DNA from: Tubiluchus corallicola
Taxonomy: Eukaryota; Animalia; Priapulida
Direction of reading: 5' to 3'
Length of the DNA: 64,000 nt
Assembly: GCA_030141605.1 (NCBI GenBank)
Contig: JAQGDQ010000138.1
Span: 434,001-498,000, forward strand
The position numbers and the translations under genes were made by a program. This document shows, in pieces, positions 41,410-54,616 of the stretch; within the stretch, counting starts at the first letter, position 1; each line of letters opens with the position of its first letter. Under the pieces are notes generated by a model that was given only the letters and a program-made list of their open reading frames with translations, was not told the origin of the DNA and did not search any database.

Positions 41410-42080
41410 GGTATTGTATGCACATAAATTGCGTATCCAAGCTGGACCATTCCCCGCTTTTATTGATTTTTTTAACTTGAAATACAGAAACAACTTGTTT
41501 AATGTAATTACTTATATGATTCCACATGTCGGCACGATAGTGCCCAAAAGACTTTTTACCAAATTTTACAGTATCAAATGCAGGAATATTTAATACATTT
41601 ATGCTTCTAAGATTATAGTTACTCTTTCTTGGATTTATAAGATCCTATAAAAAGCTGGGGAATGACCATGACCTATCTTTTACATTTTTATAGCAAGTGT
41701 ACTTAATATTCTAATTTTTCAAAGTGGTACACTTGCATTGTACAATACATGTTCATGATTTGATCTAACGTCACGTGTTACATATCTTATCACAAGAACA
41801 TGCAACTTTTCAAGCTTGTCAAAGTAAGTTTTTTACAAAGGAACCAGACAACTGGACAAAAATTGAAGTTAGAAAGTATAAAAGTGTCTTTTTCGGCATT
41901 TTTGTTCAAAAAATAGGCAATTCTGCTAAAAGCTTTAACTTGCCTCGTGGCTTTTTTGCAAATCACACTTATATGAAGTTATGAACAGAGAAAGATTAAG
42001 TTGGTCAATATGTACTCCAAGACGTTTGGCCAATTTATCACACGTCAGATGTGTTGGAACCAGCAACTTTGGTTGCTACT
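41410..42080 (-). mobile_element. Degenerate CR1-type LINE 3' fragment
   Basis: Broken frames read KRLGVHID, HISVICKKATRQVKAFSRI, NFNFCPVVWFLC...KLEKL, YNLR, NIPAFDTVKFGKKSF...MWN and GPAWIRNLC, collinear with the CR1 ORF2 C-terminus. Confidence 0.8.
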
Positions 42081-42857
42081 GGCACTTGATTCACTGAATG
42101 CTGTGTCAAATCATAAAATTATTATTATTTTTGCTAAAAAACGTATCTTTCTTCAAGTTCATCATACTTTTAGCTGGTTCTGCGCCATTAGCCTAGACAA
42201 ACTTAACAAAATTTTAGATGATTAAAACTCTGTTGCCATATTATAGGTGATTGTAATGCCAATGACTGATGGCAGCTGATAAATAGAAGCTGTTTGAATT
42301 TTATACACAAGAAAGCTTAAAGATTTTAAGAATGCTGTTGTTGTACAACTACATTTGGCTTGCTGTGTGTGCTGCTCTTTATTGTGGTCGTAATAATAGC
42401 AGCAGCAGGGCCAGCAGCAGCAGTGGCGTAATGTAATGGCTTTTGCTGTTGTTTTTCTGATCAACGTTACCTTCATTGTCATCTGGTAGTTTTTGTTGCG
42501 CATTTACTTGTTGTTATTGGTGTTACTTTTGTTGCTTTCATTGATATTGTTATTCTGTTGCTTTTATCCAAGTCATTGTCTTATTGCTCCTATTGCTGTT
42601 ATTGCGGTCGCTTTTTGGTTTTATTTTCATTAAGAATTGTCGTTTTGTTGCTGGTGTTGTTTTATTATGGGGCAGTTACCATTTTCGCTAGTTAACCGGC
42701 ACTTATTAAGTTATTATTAACATCAGCATTATTAGCACAGGACGCAAACCATAGATACGTAAGGCATTCTTTATTCTAAATTCGGCGCTGGAAGCAGGGA
42801 ATTAATTTACTTGGCCTCCAGTTGTTGTTAACTTATTCTCGTTAGACGTGGAGGGAA

Positions 42858-45800
42858 ATGGCGAACTTTGTGTTGAAGTTTTGTTTAATCCACGTGTGCT
42901 TTGTTAATTTAATCTTGGGATTACCCGAGCAAGGATTATACTCACAAGAATTCTCATATGATCCTACTAAGGAAGAAGAAACATTTACAAATTTTCCATA
43001 CATTCACATGTCGAAGAGCATGTACAAAAACTCAGAAGTTTTTCTCACAGGTATAATCTTCAGTTATTACCGATATTGTTATGCAGTAGTAAACAGTAAT
43101 TATACATTCGCCTTACCCGAACGTATAATTATTGGTTGAGGCCAATAGAAAACTGTTTGAGATGGTGGAAGGTGAGTTTCGGGTTCGATTATTCAATCGT
43201 AATCATCTTTGTAGTACTCATTCTTGCAGCTACTTTGACTCCTGTTATGGGTTTAATTTTGGTAGCCTTGTGTGTAAGGAATCCTGCACTGGGTTACATC
43301 ATGCGCTCACATCCTATAGTACTTTTTATGGCGCTTGCACTTTAACTATAATCACTATAATGATATGATATATTATAATAAAACACTTTAACTTATAGTT
43401 TTACAAATGTTGTACCTGTGAAATCAAATGACAGTGTGACACTGTTTCACTTCTTTCATCTCTTTAGTCCTGCCTCATTTTGGTAATCAATACCGGATTT
43501 AGTATATTCTGATATTCTCTGTCTCTTCCAATTCTGTGCCATATACCCTCGTCCCCCCCCCCCCCCACTCAGTTTATTAACACACACAGCTAGCTTAAAC
43601 GTACATATTCAAACAAATGTTGAACAGGGCAGTTGTATATATAGATCTAAGTTTGAACTGTTCTCTGTGCTAATATGATTGTGTAGCCAGGCTTTTCTTA
43701 GTATGTAAAAGTATTTAAAGATGAGAAATCAGATCCTTCGAATTACCATGTCATTGGTTTGCAGCCGCATCATCAGTAGAGTCTACTAAGTGTTTTATTT
43801 AACATTTCCCTTGCTTTGTACAATGCAGTATGTTTCTTAGCTGATAGTGACATAAATTCTATAAGATATATGAATTATAGCTTTGCCTATTATTGCTCCA
43901 CTGCTGTTGTGTGCTGCCTTTATCTTTGGAAGTACCTTATAAACTTCAATTGTAAAGTATAAGTGGAAGTACACCGTCTAGGTCTATTATTTTGCTGCAT
44001 TTTGAAGGCTGTAAAGTTTTTGTGTAGTGTGTTAAACCTACATTGACAGTAGTGATATTTGCTAGCAGAGCTGATATTGCATGTGTGAATATCTCAAGTT
44101 TTGGAAAAAGTAGTTTGTATTAGACACTGCTGCATATATACACTGATATAATTTGCTATGCTGAGTTGACCCTAACTGCACGCTTAGTCACTCACTTTCT
44201 TCTCTACGCTTGGTTCCCAATAACTTAATTATGGATTTCCTTTTTTGAGACAATGAGACACATGTTAAGAGCGAGATATATGCAAGTGACAATGAAACCA
44301 GTTTGCAGTGTAGGACTAGCGCATTGTTATCTTGCAGAGATATGAAAATTGTGAATGCTATGATTCACCTTCCCTTATTTTCATTTTTAAGAATTAGAAG
44401 TGGTCAGAAGCATTATTAGAAGTGGTTGTAATGAGCTTTTTGAGTGCCCAATGTCAGTTATTTTTTAAGACGATGCTGAATGTTTGTTAAATTTTAACGT
44501 CGATATTTAACAGTTTATAATTTTACCAGTATAAATTGAAATTTGAACTTCCTATGACTAAATTTGTTCAGAATAAGTTATCATTTAATAAACTCTCAGT
44601 CAAGTTGTAACTTTTTATAACTTTTCAAGTCAAATGTAAATGTGTTCGTGACAACAAATGTGATATAAGTTATTGAAATATAACAACACAAAGTTTGGTC
44701 ATTCAAATGCAGCAGCAAAGCATGCATATGTGAACAATAATCACCTAAGGTGTGTTTTGGTCTTCCAATTGTGAATTTGTGACCAAAAACAAAATCGAGA
44801 TTGCACTCTAACTTTGTGTTTTATAAAATAAGTACAGTCTTTCTAGTGTAAGTTACAGTACTTGTACTTTTTTGAAAATTGATTGCTTTAATAGTTTTTT
44901 ATATTTATAATAGACATGAAAAAGAAAATTCAATTAAATCAGTTCTTAAAGTGTAACGTAAATTTAGCCATAAATATTTTCACTTATAGCACATGATTTT
45001 ATAGTGATCAGTTAATTTTTGTGTGAAGTAATCATAGGTGTGTTTTGACATTAGATGTTGTAATAATTTGTGTTGAGTTTTTTTAAGCAGTTAAATAAAC
45101 TTGGTCAGATCAGAGCATTTGCAGACTGTTAATTATCTGGATTTGCGTGCTTTGTGGATCACTTGAAACTGATTTTGAACTACAAACATGAGTAACTTTC
45201 ATGTATGTTTAGACACTGGTAATATTTATTAATTGCTTTTCTATTTCAGTTCACTGTGATTCAGAGACAAATGATGTACCTATATTGATGAACATAGGAT
45301 GGACCATGAGACAAACACCATGTGCACAAGAATATGTCAACATTAGCCCAGACATGCTGAAAAATTATTATGATGATCCAACCTCAATTACAGCTGAATA
45401 TGATAATTATGTGATAAATTATACTTCTAAGTGTGCTGACAAATGGAACTGTGAGGATGGGGATGTTAGTCTGTTATTGGAAAACAATGAGTGGCTTACC
45501 TTCACTGCTCCACTACAAACAAATGAAATCAACGAAGAAGAAAAGGCGATAGATGAAGAAAAAGCAGATGTGAAGGAAGTCACTGACATTAAAGCAGATG
45601 CTGATAATACTAAGAACAAAGAAAGTGTTGAAGAAAAATCAACCCGCAAGAAAAGAAACATTTGGGATTTGAGTCGCACAAGGCAAAAACGTGCTCAATT
45701 TGAGTCACCACTCGATGATAAGTCTTCAGAAAATGGTGTTGATGCGCTCAAACAACGCCAAGGTGATAATAAGAATACACCTGAGGTATCCGATGGGGTA

Positions 45801-47108
45801 GTACCACCAAGTGAAGATAAGAATACACCTAAGGGATCCGATGAGGTACAACCATCAAGTGATGATAAAAATACACCCAAAGCATCCAGTGATAAGTCTC
45901 AATCTAAAACTGATGAAACTGCTAAGGCTAAAAAGGCAATTACAAGAGTTCCATTAGACGGGGTGTATCTGTTTGTCCTGAAAGTGGAACCAATCAACAA
46001 TAAATCCAAATCTGATGTTAAATTTAATTTTACCATCACAATAAAACTGAAAGGCGAATATGGATATTTGTCTGCAATTGACTGGCCACTCCTGCCATTT
46101 TATGGAGCTCTTTGCATTGTTTATGCCATTTACGCCATTGTATGGTTAGTGATCAGCGCCTGGCAATGGAGGGATTTGCTACGTGTACAGTTCTGGATTG
46201 GTGGAGTAATTGCATTAGGTTTACTAGAGAAGGCTGTATTTTATGCAGAATACAGTAACATAAACAGTCGTGGGTACTCTATATATGGCGCTGTTGTATT
46301 TGCCGAGTTGATATCTGTACTGAAGCGCACGTTATCTAGGATGCTAGTCATCATCGTCTGCCTAGGCTTTGGAATTGTAAAACCTAGGCTGGGGCAAATG
46401 CTTCACAGAGTACTTGGTGTTGGAGGCCTTTACTTTGTTCTTGCTTCCATAGAAGGATGCATGCGAGCTGTAAAACCTCGTCTAGATATGTCCAGTGGAA
46501 TTATGCTTGCAGTGATTCCTCTGTCTGTTGTAGATGCTGGTATTTGCTGGTGGGTGTTTAGTAGTTTAGTGCAGACAATGAGAACACTCCGTCTTCGCAG
46601 GAATGTTGTAAAGCTGTCACTTTACAGACACTTCACGAATGCTTTGGTTTTTTGCGTTCTCGCATCAGTCGTTTTTATGGTGTGGTCAATCAAGACCCAC
46701 AGATTTACCGAGTGTTTAGATGACTGGAAAGAATTGTGGATTGATGATGCTTTCTGGCCTTTGCTATTCACAATCATTTTGCTTATAATAATGATTTTGT
46801 GGCGGCCTACAGCTAACAACACACGATATGCGTTTACTCCCCTCTTAGACCAAGCTGACGAAGAGTCTGAGGAGCCGATGCTAAATGATGCATTTGATGG
46901 TATGAAGCTTCGTGGCCAAGGTCAGAGTCCTAATGGTAATCCACCTAGGAAGCCGTATCACGATGATGTACGAGATAAAGTAGAAGACGATCTGAAATGG
47001 GTAGATGAAAATATTCCATCTAGTGTAGTAGATGCTGCAATACCAACATTCGTAGATTCCGATGAAGAAATAATGACAACAAAATTTGAAATGTCTAAAA
47101 TGGATTAG
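42858..47108 (+). CDS. TMEM87: Transmembrane protein 87 (TMEM87A/B-like, GOLD + 7TM GOST/LUSTR family), 683 aa, 2 coding exons: 42858-43050, 45250-47108
   Basis: Exon 1 encodes a signal peptide (MANFVLKFCLIHVCFVNLILG) and ends CAG|GTATAA in phase 1; acceptor TTTCAG at 45249 restores frame into the 607-aa ORF. GYLSAIDWPLLPFY, WRDLLRVQFWIGGVI.LG.LEKAVFYAEY, LGFGIVKPRLG, LRLRRNVVKLSLYRHFTN, LWRPTANN.RYAF.PL, EDDLKWVDENIPSS and FEMSKMD are TMEM87 hallmarks. Confidence 0.95.
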
Positions 47109-49974
47109 TTTGAAGAAAAAGGCTGCAACTTTTGTGATTTTAACATGTGGTACAGTTAAAAGTTGACTAAATAATATTCTATTTATAAGGTGATGTACAA
47201 GTATTTAAAACAAATAGGCCTATTATATAGTTTGTATAAATGCATGGGTGTATATTTCATATTGTTCACTCTTGGATGATACAGTACTGAATATGCATTA
47301 AGTTCTCGCTTAGGTTCATATGAATTTTTATATAATATTTAGACATTAGCTTCAGTATATAGGATGCTGTGACGTATAAAATTTATTTTACACCGTCAGT
47401 ATATCTCAGTGCTTCTCAGTGTATCTTTGCCACATGAACTAATGGCCTATTACTACAATGCACCAAATAATGACTAGTAGTTTTAGGTCTTTGATGCCAG
47501 GGGACAGCTAACATGTTATGCATTCAGTTTTTTTTGTTTCAACTGGTATGTAGTTCAATATACTACATTAAGGTTTCCAGAGCCCTGCATCTTAGAGATT
47601 ACTGACGGAAATATTTGAAAATTTGTATTTCATTGTGACCCAAAGCCATTGCACTTTTAGCACTGATTACTTGTTCAATGCCGATTTTTTTTATATTAGT
47701 TTTATTTCATTATTGGCTATGACAAAACCCGGAGTCATGACACACATGTATTTAGTGTTAGTCTTTAATGAAATTTCCATAAAACCATTTGACTACAACC
47801 CTTGTCTAGGCATTATTTTTTACTAACATATGCGAGTATGGTAATAATATGGTAGAAATTTTGCTTGTTTTATCACTCACAATTGTCAAGTGTATGGAAA
47901 TAACATTCACAGTACAGATTATTTTGATCAATCAGCACATTTTTTCGTTGGCGGCTAAATGATCTTTCATTAACTCTATTCTGTAAATCGTAAATTTTTT
48001 AATCCTCAGAGGGTGAAATTACAAACTTTAAAACTTCCTTTAACTGTTTAATCTATGTTCATACATATCACTAGCAACATTATTCAACCTGCTACAGAAA
48101 TTAACTAGAAATTGATACGCAAATCAGCAACGACCAGCGTGAGGCCAACAAATCTGGCATGTGTTTACAAAATTATTTTGCCTAGTTTGCCTTAAATTTT
48201 ATTTGTGGATTGTGGGAATTACTGAGAAATACCATGTCAAGTAGTTTGCTAATACCCCCCCCCCCCGAGACCAAATACAATTTTTTAAGTTAGGATGATT
48301 TGCAATTCAATGCAAGGATACTTTGTAGTCTTTTGTTTAGCTTATTTTTTTCAAAACTGTAAAAAGGGATAAGACTTCAGTCAAGTAATGATGACATGCT
48401 ATTCAACGGTGATACGTGAGGTAAGAGAAGCCTCGGCTTATAATAGTAATAGTAGATGGTGCCACGTTTCATAGGATAATTTGCACAGTAAAATATTTTC
48501 CTACGTGTACAGTGCCTGTTATCATGAACTGATTATTATTAAACCATTGACCGATACAGGACCAATGTTCAAGAATCAGTTTGCAGTTGCTTTTTATTTC
48601 AAATAAATGTTTTTTTCTTCACTGGTGGCTATTATTCAACTAGCAATTTCTTAATTTGTTATTGGCAAGTTTGTTTTCAAGCAAACTTTATTCTGTGGCA
48701 CTTTATATTGTAATTTAGCATAACATTTATAATAAACATTGATGCATTTGGGCAGAAGTTATAACATGTTTTAACATAATTATATTATCTGTAATATTTT
48801 TCTTTTAGTTTTGCAGTGTAACATAGCAAATGAAAGCTATTCTTGCATGATCATAAGTACACTATTTTTAGTAACGGATTTGCAAGTCAGGTAGTAAAAT
48901 ACCACACTAGACTGCAGAATGCACAATGTAAAAGATTCATTACGTATGGTTGATAAGTTGATTAAAACCATTACTCTCTGTTTGACTTGTAATGTTTGTA
49001 CATAATAATATAAGCTGCTATTATAATTAAAGCTCATTCATTTCTTTATTATATTTGTTCTACATTACAACAAAACATTTTAATCAGCATTACTACAACC
49101 ATTTTAAATAGTAACTAAATCGAATTGGTTTACAAATAAATAAAAAATATTTTGTTAGAAAGTACATGTGTTAATAATATAGTCTGCTATGCATACTGTG
49201 TAGTTTTTTTGCATATATTTATTTTGTGACTTTAAAATTAAATTTTTCATGCTGCTATTTATTTTTGCAGTTTGAGAATCTCGAAACTGTACAAGAAACA
49301 ATAAACAACATTAACTTTCATTACTGCTATGTCATGTTGAATTTTCAGTTCCTAATAGCACAGACTGTCTCCATGTATATGCGTATGAAAACGTATGTTC
49401 AGAATAAGTAACTTTAGCTGCCATTGCTGCACGTTAGTGCAATGAGAATCCCATCCTGACTTAGTGTTTGTAGTTTAAATAAAAAGTATAAGCATAAGTA
49501 ATATAATGAGCTCAATTTATCCTTTACCCCCAATCGTTATGCAGGTCCATGATATGCATAATTACTGTGCATTTCTTTGAAAGAAGCAATTGTTGGAATT
49601 TACCTAGCTTGCAAAAATTCTTCCCTCAACTATGGAATTTTCTGCTACTCTTGTTGACACTACTTCATCTATCACTGTATTATTGTCAGGTATCTGAGCC
49701 TACATTGTGAATGTGATTTTAACTCACAATTATCTGGATTTGCAATTGATTCATCTTGTTGTTATAATCTTGGTTGCACTACAGTTGTATTTTGTGAGTT
49801 CTGTTATGAAGACAACAAAATCTGCAATTGGATAACAAGCAAATCACGATATAGCAATGTGACTCCTGTCTTGGACGGCATTATATGGACTGGATAAAGC
49901 ATTCGTCTGTAAGGATGCTTTCAAGATACAGTAATATGACCATTATCTTGGAAAGTATTACTTGGTTATCTGTG

Positions 49975-52900
49975 TTAAGTATTCATCTGTGAGCATGCCT
50001 TCCGAATATCATTTTTTAAACAATCGGGTATTTGCAGGTTCTCTACTTCATCTCCATTCAGCAGACTACAGATGACTTGTATACATCGTCTCATTAAAGA
50101 ATAAACTAGAAAAAACAAAAAGTGAGAATAAATACTATATTGCAAAATTCAGGATGATGCTTTGTTGCATTACTACAATACATTATGTGGGTTAATTGAG
50201 ATCTGTGCATGAGTCATTTCGTGATTTTAATTCACATTATTTTAATGTGGAAAGAAAATTAAGTAAAAAGGACCCTACTTAACACAGCAAAGTTTTAGTT
50301 TCTATGTTTTAAATTAAAATGGCCTAGTTAAAATATTCGAATGCCAAGTGCCAGACGAATATTGGCGGATCCAGCATCCACTAAATGCACAGCAAATTTT
50401 AACTGCCTATTAGTCCAAAGAAGTGGCAATAATTTAAAACTATTACAGCAAAAATTTATATTATAACAAACATATATAGCATGGAACATATTTTACAACA
50501 TAGGTTGCAGTTAGCATGAACTTTAAAGATACTGTAATCACTGTCAGTTGCTTTGGTGATGTCAATTATGACATGTTTACCTGGTGCACCTTTTTGGAAA
50601 AGTTAGAATACTTTATTTTGGGAAAAACGGGCCATTTTTGGAGATTTTTCACCCGCATTCCTCCCTGTGCCAATAATAAACCATCAATGGGACCACACTA
50701 GAGCGAGAACCTTCGTTTGATAAATAGATTGTCAAAAATAGTGCGGTCATTGAAGTTGTAGTCATGGAAATTACATATAAACAAATAAATATGTACACAT
50801 ACATATCTAGGGATTTAATATACAGATAGCTACATAAAAGCATTAAATGTAATACGGCTACATAATTGCCTGTTTTGGTAGAAATTTACTTTGGGCCGTT
50901 AGACAGAGTTTTAGAGTAGGATGATATAAAGTGCATAATTGACATGTAAAGACAGCTTAGTAGAGGCAGAGACAATGATAGTGTTATTTTTGATACTGCC
51001 GTTTCTCCAACAAATATCACTGATGTTATCTGGCAGCAGTTAGATGTTGAAATGGCACTTTTTGTGCTTTTACTTATGCAAAAATATGTTATTTACGAAT
51101 TTTATTAACTGTTTACTGGAAGAATTAGTCAATTTTTCTTTATTTGAAATTATTTCTGTAAAAGTAATTATAGTTCAAGATAAAAATGAATAATTGTGAA
51201 TACAAGCGTACAGGGTATTATCATCAAATTCTTATTTTTGAACCAGGTACTGTATATATGATAAGAATGTGTTCAAAGGGATGTATTACATTTCTAAATG
51301 AACACTAGTAAAGAATTGCTTAGTTTTTTATGTAATTCAGGAACAAATTCAATCACATAAATGCCAATTGAATCAGATAATTAGATCATTGGTAGAGCTG
51401 CTCTGTGTCTTATTTGCAAATTTGTGTCTTATGTGCCACATTGAAAGATTTCCTGAATTCCTGAAATCCATAGAACAAACACCTTGTCAGTGTAATAAGT
51501 TTGATGCACTTGTACATGTTGCTGTGTGTAATGCCAATCCACAAAACAGTAATACTTGAATAAAATGTTGATGCAAAATACTAGCTATATAAACTCAGTT
51601 GGCCAGGACTTTTATTATGAGCTTAATTAATAGCTGACTTAAGACCAGTAATACTTGTTCAACGTATTCACCTGGAATTGTAATGTTTACAAAATCTGTT
51701 TGTACAATGCAATCATTTCTCAGCGGCGGTCTTGGAAAGTAGACATCTTTGTAAAAAGCTACAAGCTTGTCTTTGGTTTTTTTGTCTCTAAAAATCCATG
51801 GATGTGTAACAAAAGTGTTTACATCAAACCATTCGCCAGGTCTAAGAGTATTGTATCTGAAAATTGTATCAAGAATTACCTACATGTAGATGAACAAAAT
51901 TTATGCGACGAAAAATATTTCACCATCCATTCAGTAGAAACCGTTAAAATATTTTTCACCTTACTGCAAAATGAAGTGGAAGTATATTAACAAAGCAAAC
52001 AAACTTTTGTGTATTAGTTAGCTACCATGTTAATACAAATTAGAAAATACAAATTGAAAATGCACCTTGAATCTTATTACCTTTGACGCACAATAAGGAC
52101 CCTAATATCTAAATATTTCTAGTTATTAGTAATTGTCAATAAAGTGACTTTACAGAAGTTATTTCCATCAATAAAATGAAAGGCATTTATGCCTTTTCAG
52201 TGCTACGTTCCCAAATGATTTTTTATGAAATTTGCAAGGTAGTTCATATTGAAATTTAATTGAAGGGTGAGCTGATCAAATACATTTAGATATCGGAGGC
52301 GATGGGAAAAATAAGTGTTAAGCTTCTTACTGGGCGCTGTAATATTATATCATTGCTCAAACTGGTAGCAACTAGACACTGAACTGTGACTTGTTCTAAA
52401 AGTGAATGACACACTTGAAGTCTGGATAATTTAGTAATTAATATAAATTAACTATTATAAAACCATCGACAAAACATTATGTAAGCCAACAATTTATTTA
52501 TTCAGTCAAGTGAACTGACATTTTGATTGCATTCCCATCATCAGCAATTTTAATGTTTTATTAGATAATTTGCAATCTTAAAATGATATAAAGTTGCTAT
52601 CACTGCATTTCTAATCTAAAAAAAGTATAACAAATTTAATGGTTATTAAATTACTGCAATAATTACTTCAATGCATGCACGAGTAAGAAATACAAAATGA
52701 ACTGCATTTACGATATCATTTAATAGTTAATCACGTGTATTTCTATAGGATAGTGCACACTAACATAGCCAGCACAGAAATGCTTGCAAGCTGGTAAGTG
52801 ACGTGAAACACATTAGTCTATCGCTCTGCCTCCGCAGTGACGTAAGCACGCTGAGTGGCATTCAGGACTTCAGCTCCCGCTGAACAACAGTTCTTTTTAG

Positions 52901-54441
52901 TAAACAATATGACAACTAATGTGATCATGCTTTTTCATTCACAAAATTTGCAAGGTAGCAGATATTTTAACAAGAAATTAAAACTTTAAGTAACCAAAAA
53001 TTTCATCACAATTTAAGGAGAATGTAGCGAGAAAGTTTCAAAGAACTACAAAATGCAAAGAGTGCCTAGTCGGGTTATTATTACAAAGGAACTAAGCTAG
53101 TTAAGCCTAGCTTTAAGTCAAATGGGCAACAAAATCTGTTTATGAAGTGTCTTTTGCCTTGAATATATGAACACATCATGTATATGTTCTACATTTAACA
53201 GATCACGTGGTCGTTCGCAAGCTTCTATCTACTTTTTGCATTTTTTCAACTGTTTGTTAGACTACAGAAATGGAATGAATTTGATTGTTCAATTCCGTAG
53301 ATGATCTTGCCCAAGCTACCTAACTCATAAGTCCCAATGGCATCTTTTAGCCAAAATTATAACCAGAAGAATAGCATTTTATTGACTATTTCAGGATACA
53401 AATTTTACATTGATATATAACATAAATTTTGACCACATTTGAATTAATTTGGACTGTGAAGATCTTATTGAGGTTTATAAAAACTGACCAGCAAAGAAAA
53501 TTTTTTGCCTGAAAATCTCTGAAAAAAATTTGCCTGAAAGTGAATTCCCATGAGTGTGCTCGCTTATTACATAATCCGAACAGTTGTCACATGTTCCCAT
53601 AGATGAGTTCAACTCTGTCTCACTAGGCCTCAACTATTGCTAACTGGCCATTCCTATATAACCTGTGCTATAATTTTATATCTGCCAACTCGGGCTTCAA
53701 TATAAAGTTATAAATTTCATTATCACCTTTGTTCAAGTAGGCCATTTTACATTTGCGATCATTAAAGCAGCAAAATATGATTGACCTAATTAACCTCATT
53801 AAGTTAATTTGTATTTTTAAGGTTAATTAAATACATGTCTTTATCTAGCTTGCAAGGTTGTACATTAACCTAAACTGCATATTTTATTACTAACAAATTC
53901 AGTAACTCATAGACGTAAGTGCCTGGCAAAAATTGATAGGGATTTCGATTGTGATATGGTGCCCTCTTCGTGATTTTTGTTGTATAAAAATTAATTTCTC
54001 ATACAGGAAAGTAGACGTAAGGCATAAAATTATACAATACTCACGAAAGCCCAAGTAAAAAATGAAAGAGTTTCACTTAGACAGATTTAGTGCATCTTTA
54101 AATGCAACTATTTCAAACTACGTATAACACTGCTACGTACCACGCAATAGATGACTCAGATTTCTAATGTGCTTTTTCAACAGTAACATATATAACAATA
54201 AACTGATCTATGTAATAATAATGGTAATATAAAGCATTTCATGTAAACTACATCCATCTAAACAGTATCAGTAAACTATAAATATAATTTAGTATTACCT
54301 TCTTAGCTCACCTTCATAACTGACCCAATAAACGTCTGTCGTTCTACTAGTCTTATTGAAAAATCTTACTGATGATGGTTGTGTGGAAGATTCCGATCTT
54401 AATACCCCCGAATATTCCCACATTTCCCCAGCTTCTGCCAT
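49975..54441 (-). CDS. VHL: von Hippel-Lindau protein (elongin BC-Cul2 substrate receptor), 152 aa, 3 coding exons: 54441-54299, 51856-51672, 50105-49975
   Basis: Spliced product MAEAGEMWEYSGVLRSESSTQPSSVRFFNKTSRTTDVYWVSYEGELRRYNTLRPGEWFDVNTFVTHPWIFRDKKTKDKLVAFYKDVYFPRPPLRNDCIVQTDFVNITIPVYSLMRRCIQVICSLLNGDEVENLQIPDCLKNDIRKACSQMNT*; beta domain (VLRS..S..PS.V.F.N, W..Y.G, HPWIFRD) and BC-box (VYSLMRRCIQVI vs human VYTLKERCLQVV); 459 nt, GT-AG, phases consistent. Confidence 0.93.
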
Positions 54442-54616
54442 TCACTTAGTAAATACTGAAACACATATTAATGATACACATTAAAATGGTGAATAAATGA
54501 CAGAAACATTTTATGGAGTTGACTCTTCTGCTTTTACACAGTTAAATGTCTAGTTTAGTTGATGTAACTAAACTTAATGTAACTATTTCATTTGCGTCTA
54601 TGGAGTACAGACTGTT

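Noticed and set aside
45419-46822. Antisense ORFs within TMEM87
   Set aside because: Shadow frames of the real coding exon.
29921-54441. Functional clustering of RPB9 and VHL (both linked to Rpb1 ubiquitination)
   Set aside because: Adjacency of housekeeping genes is expected by chance; no shared regulatory evidence, and conserved microsynteny is untested.
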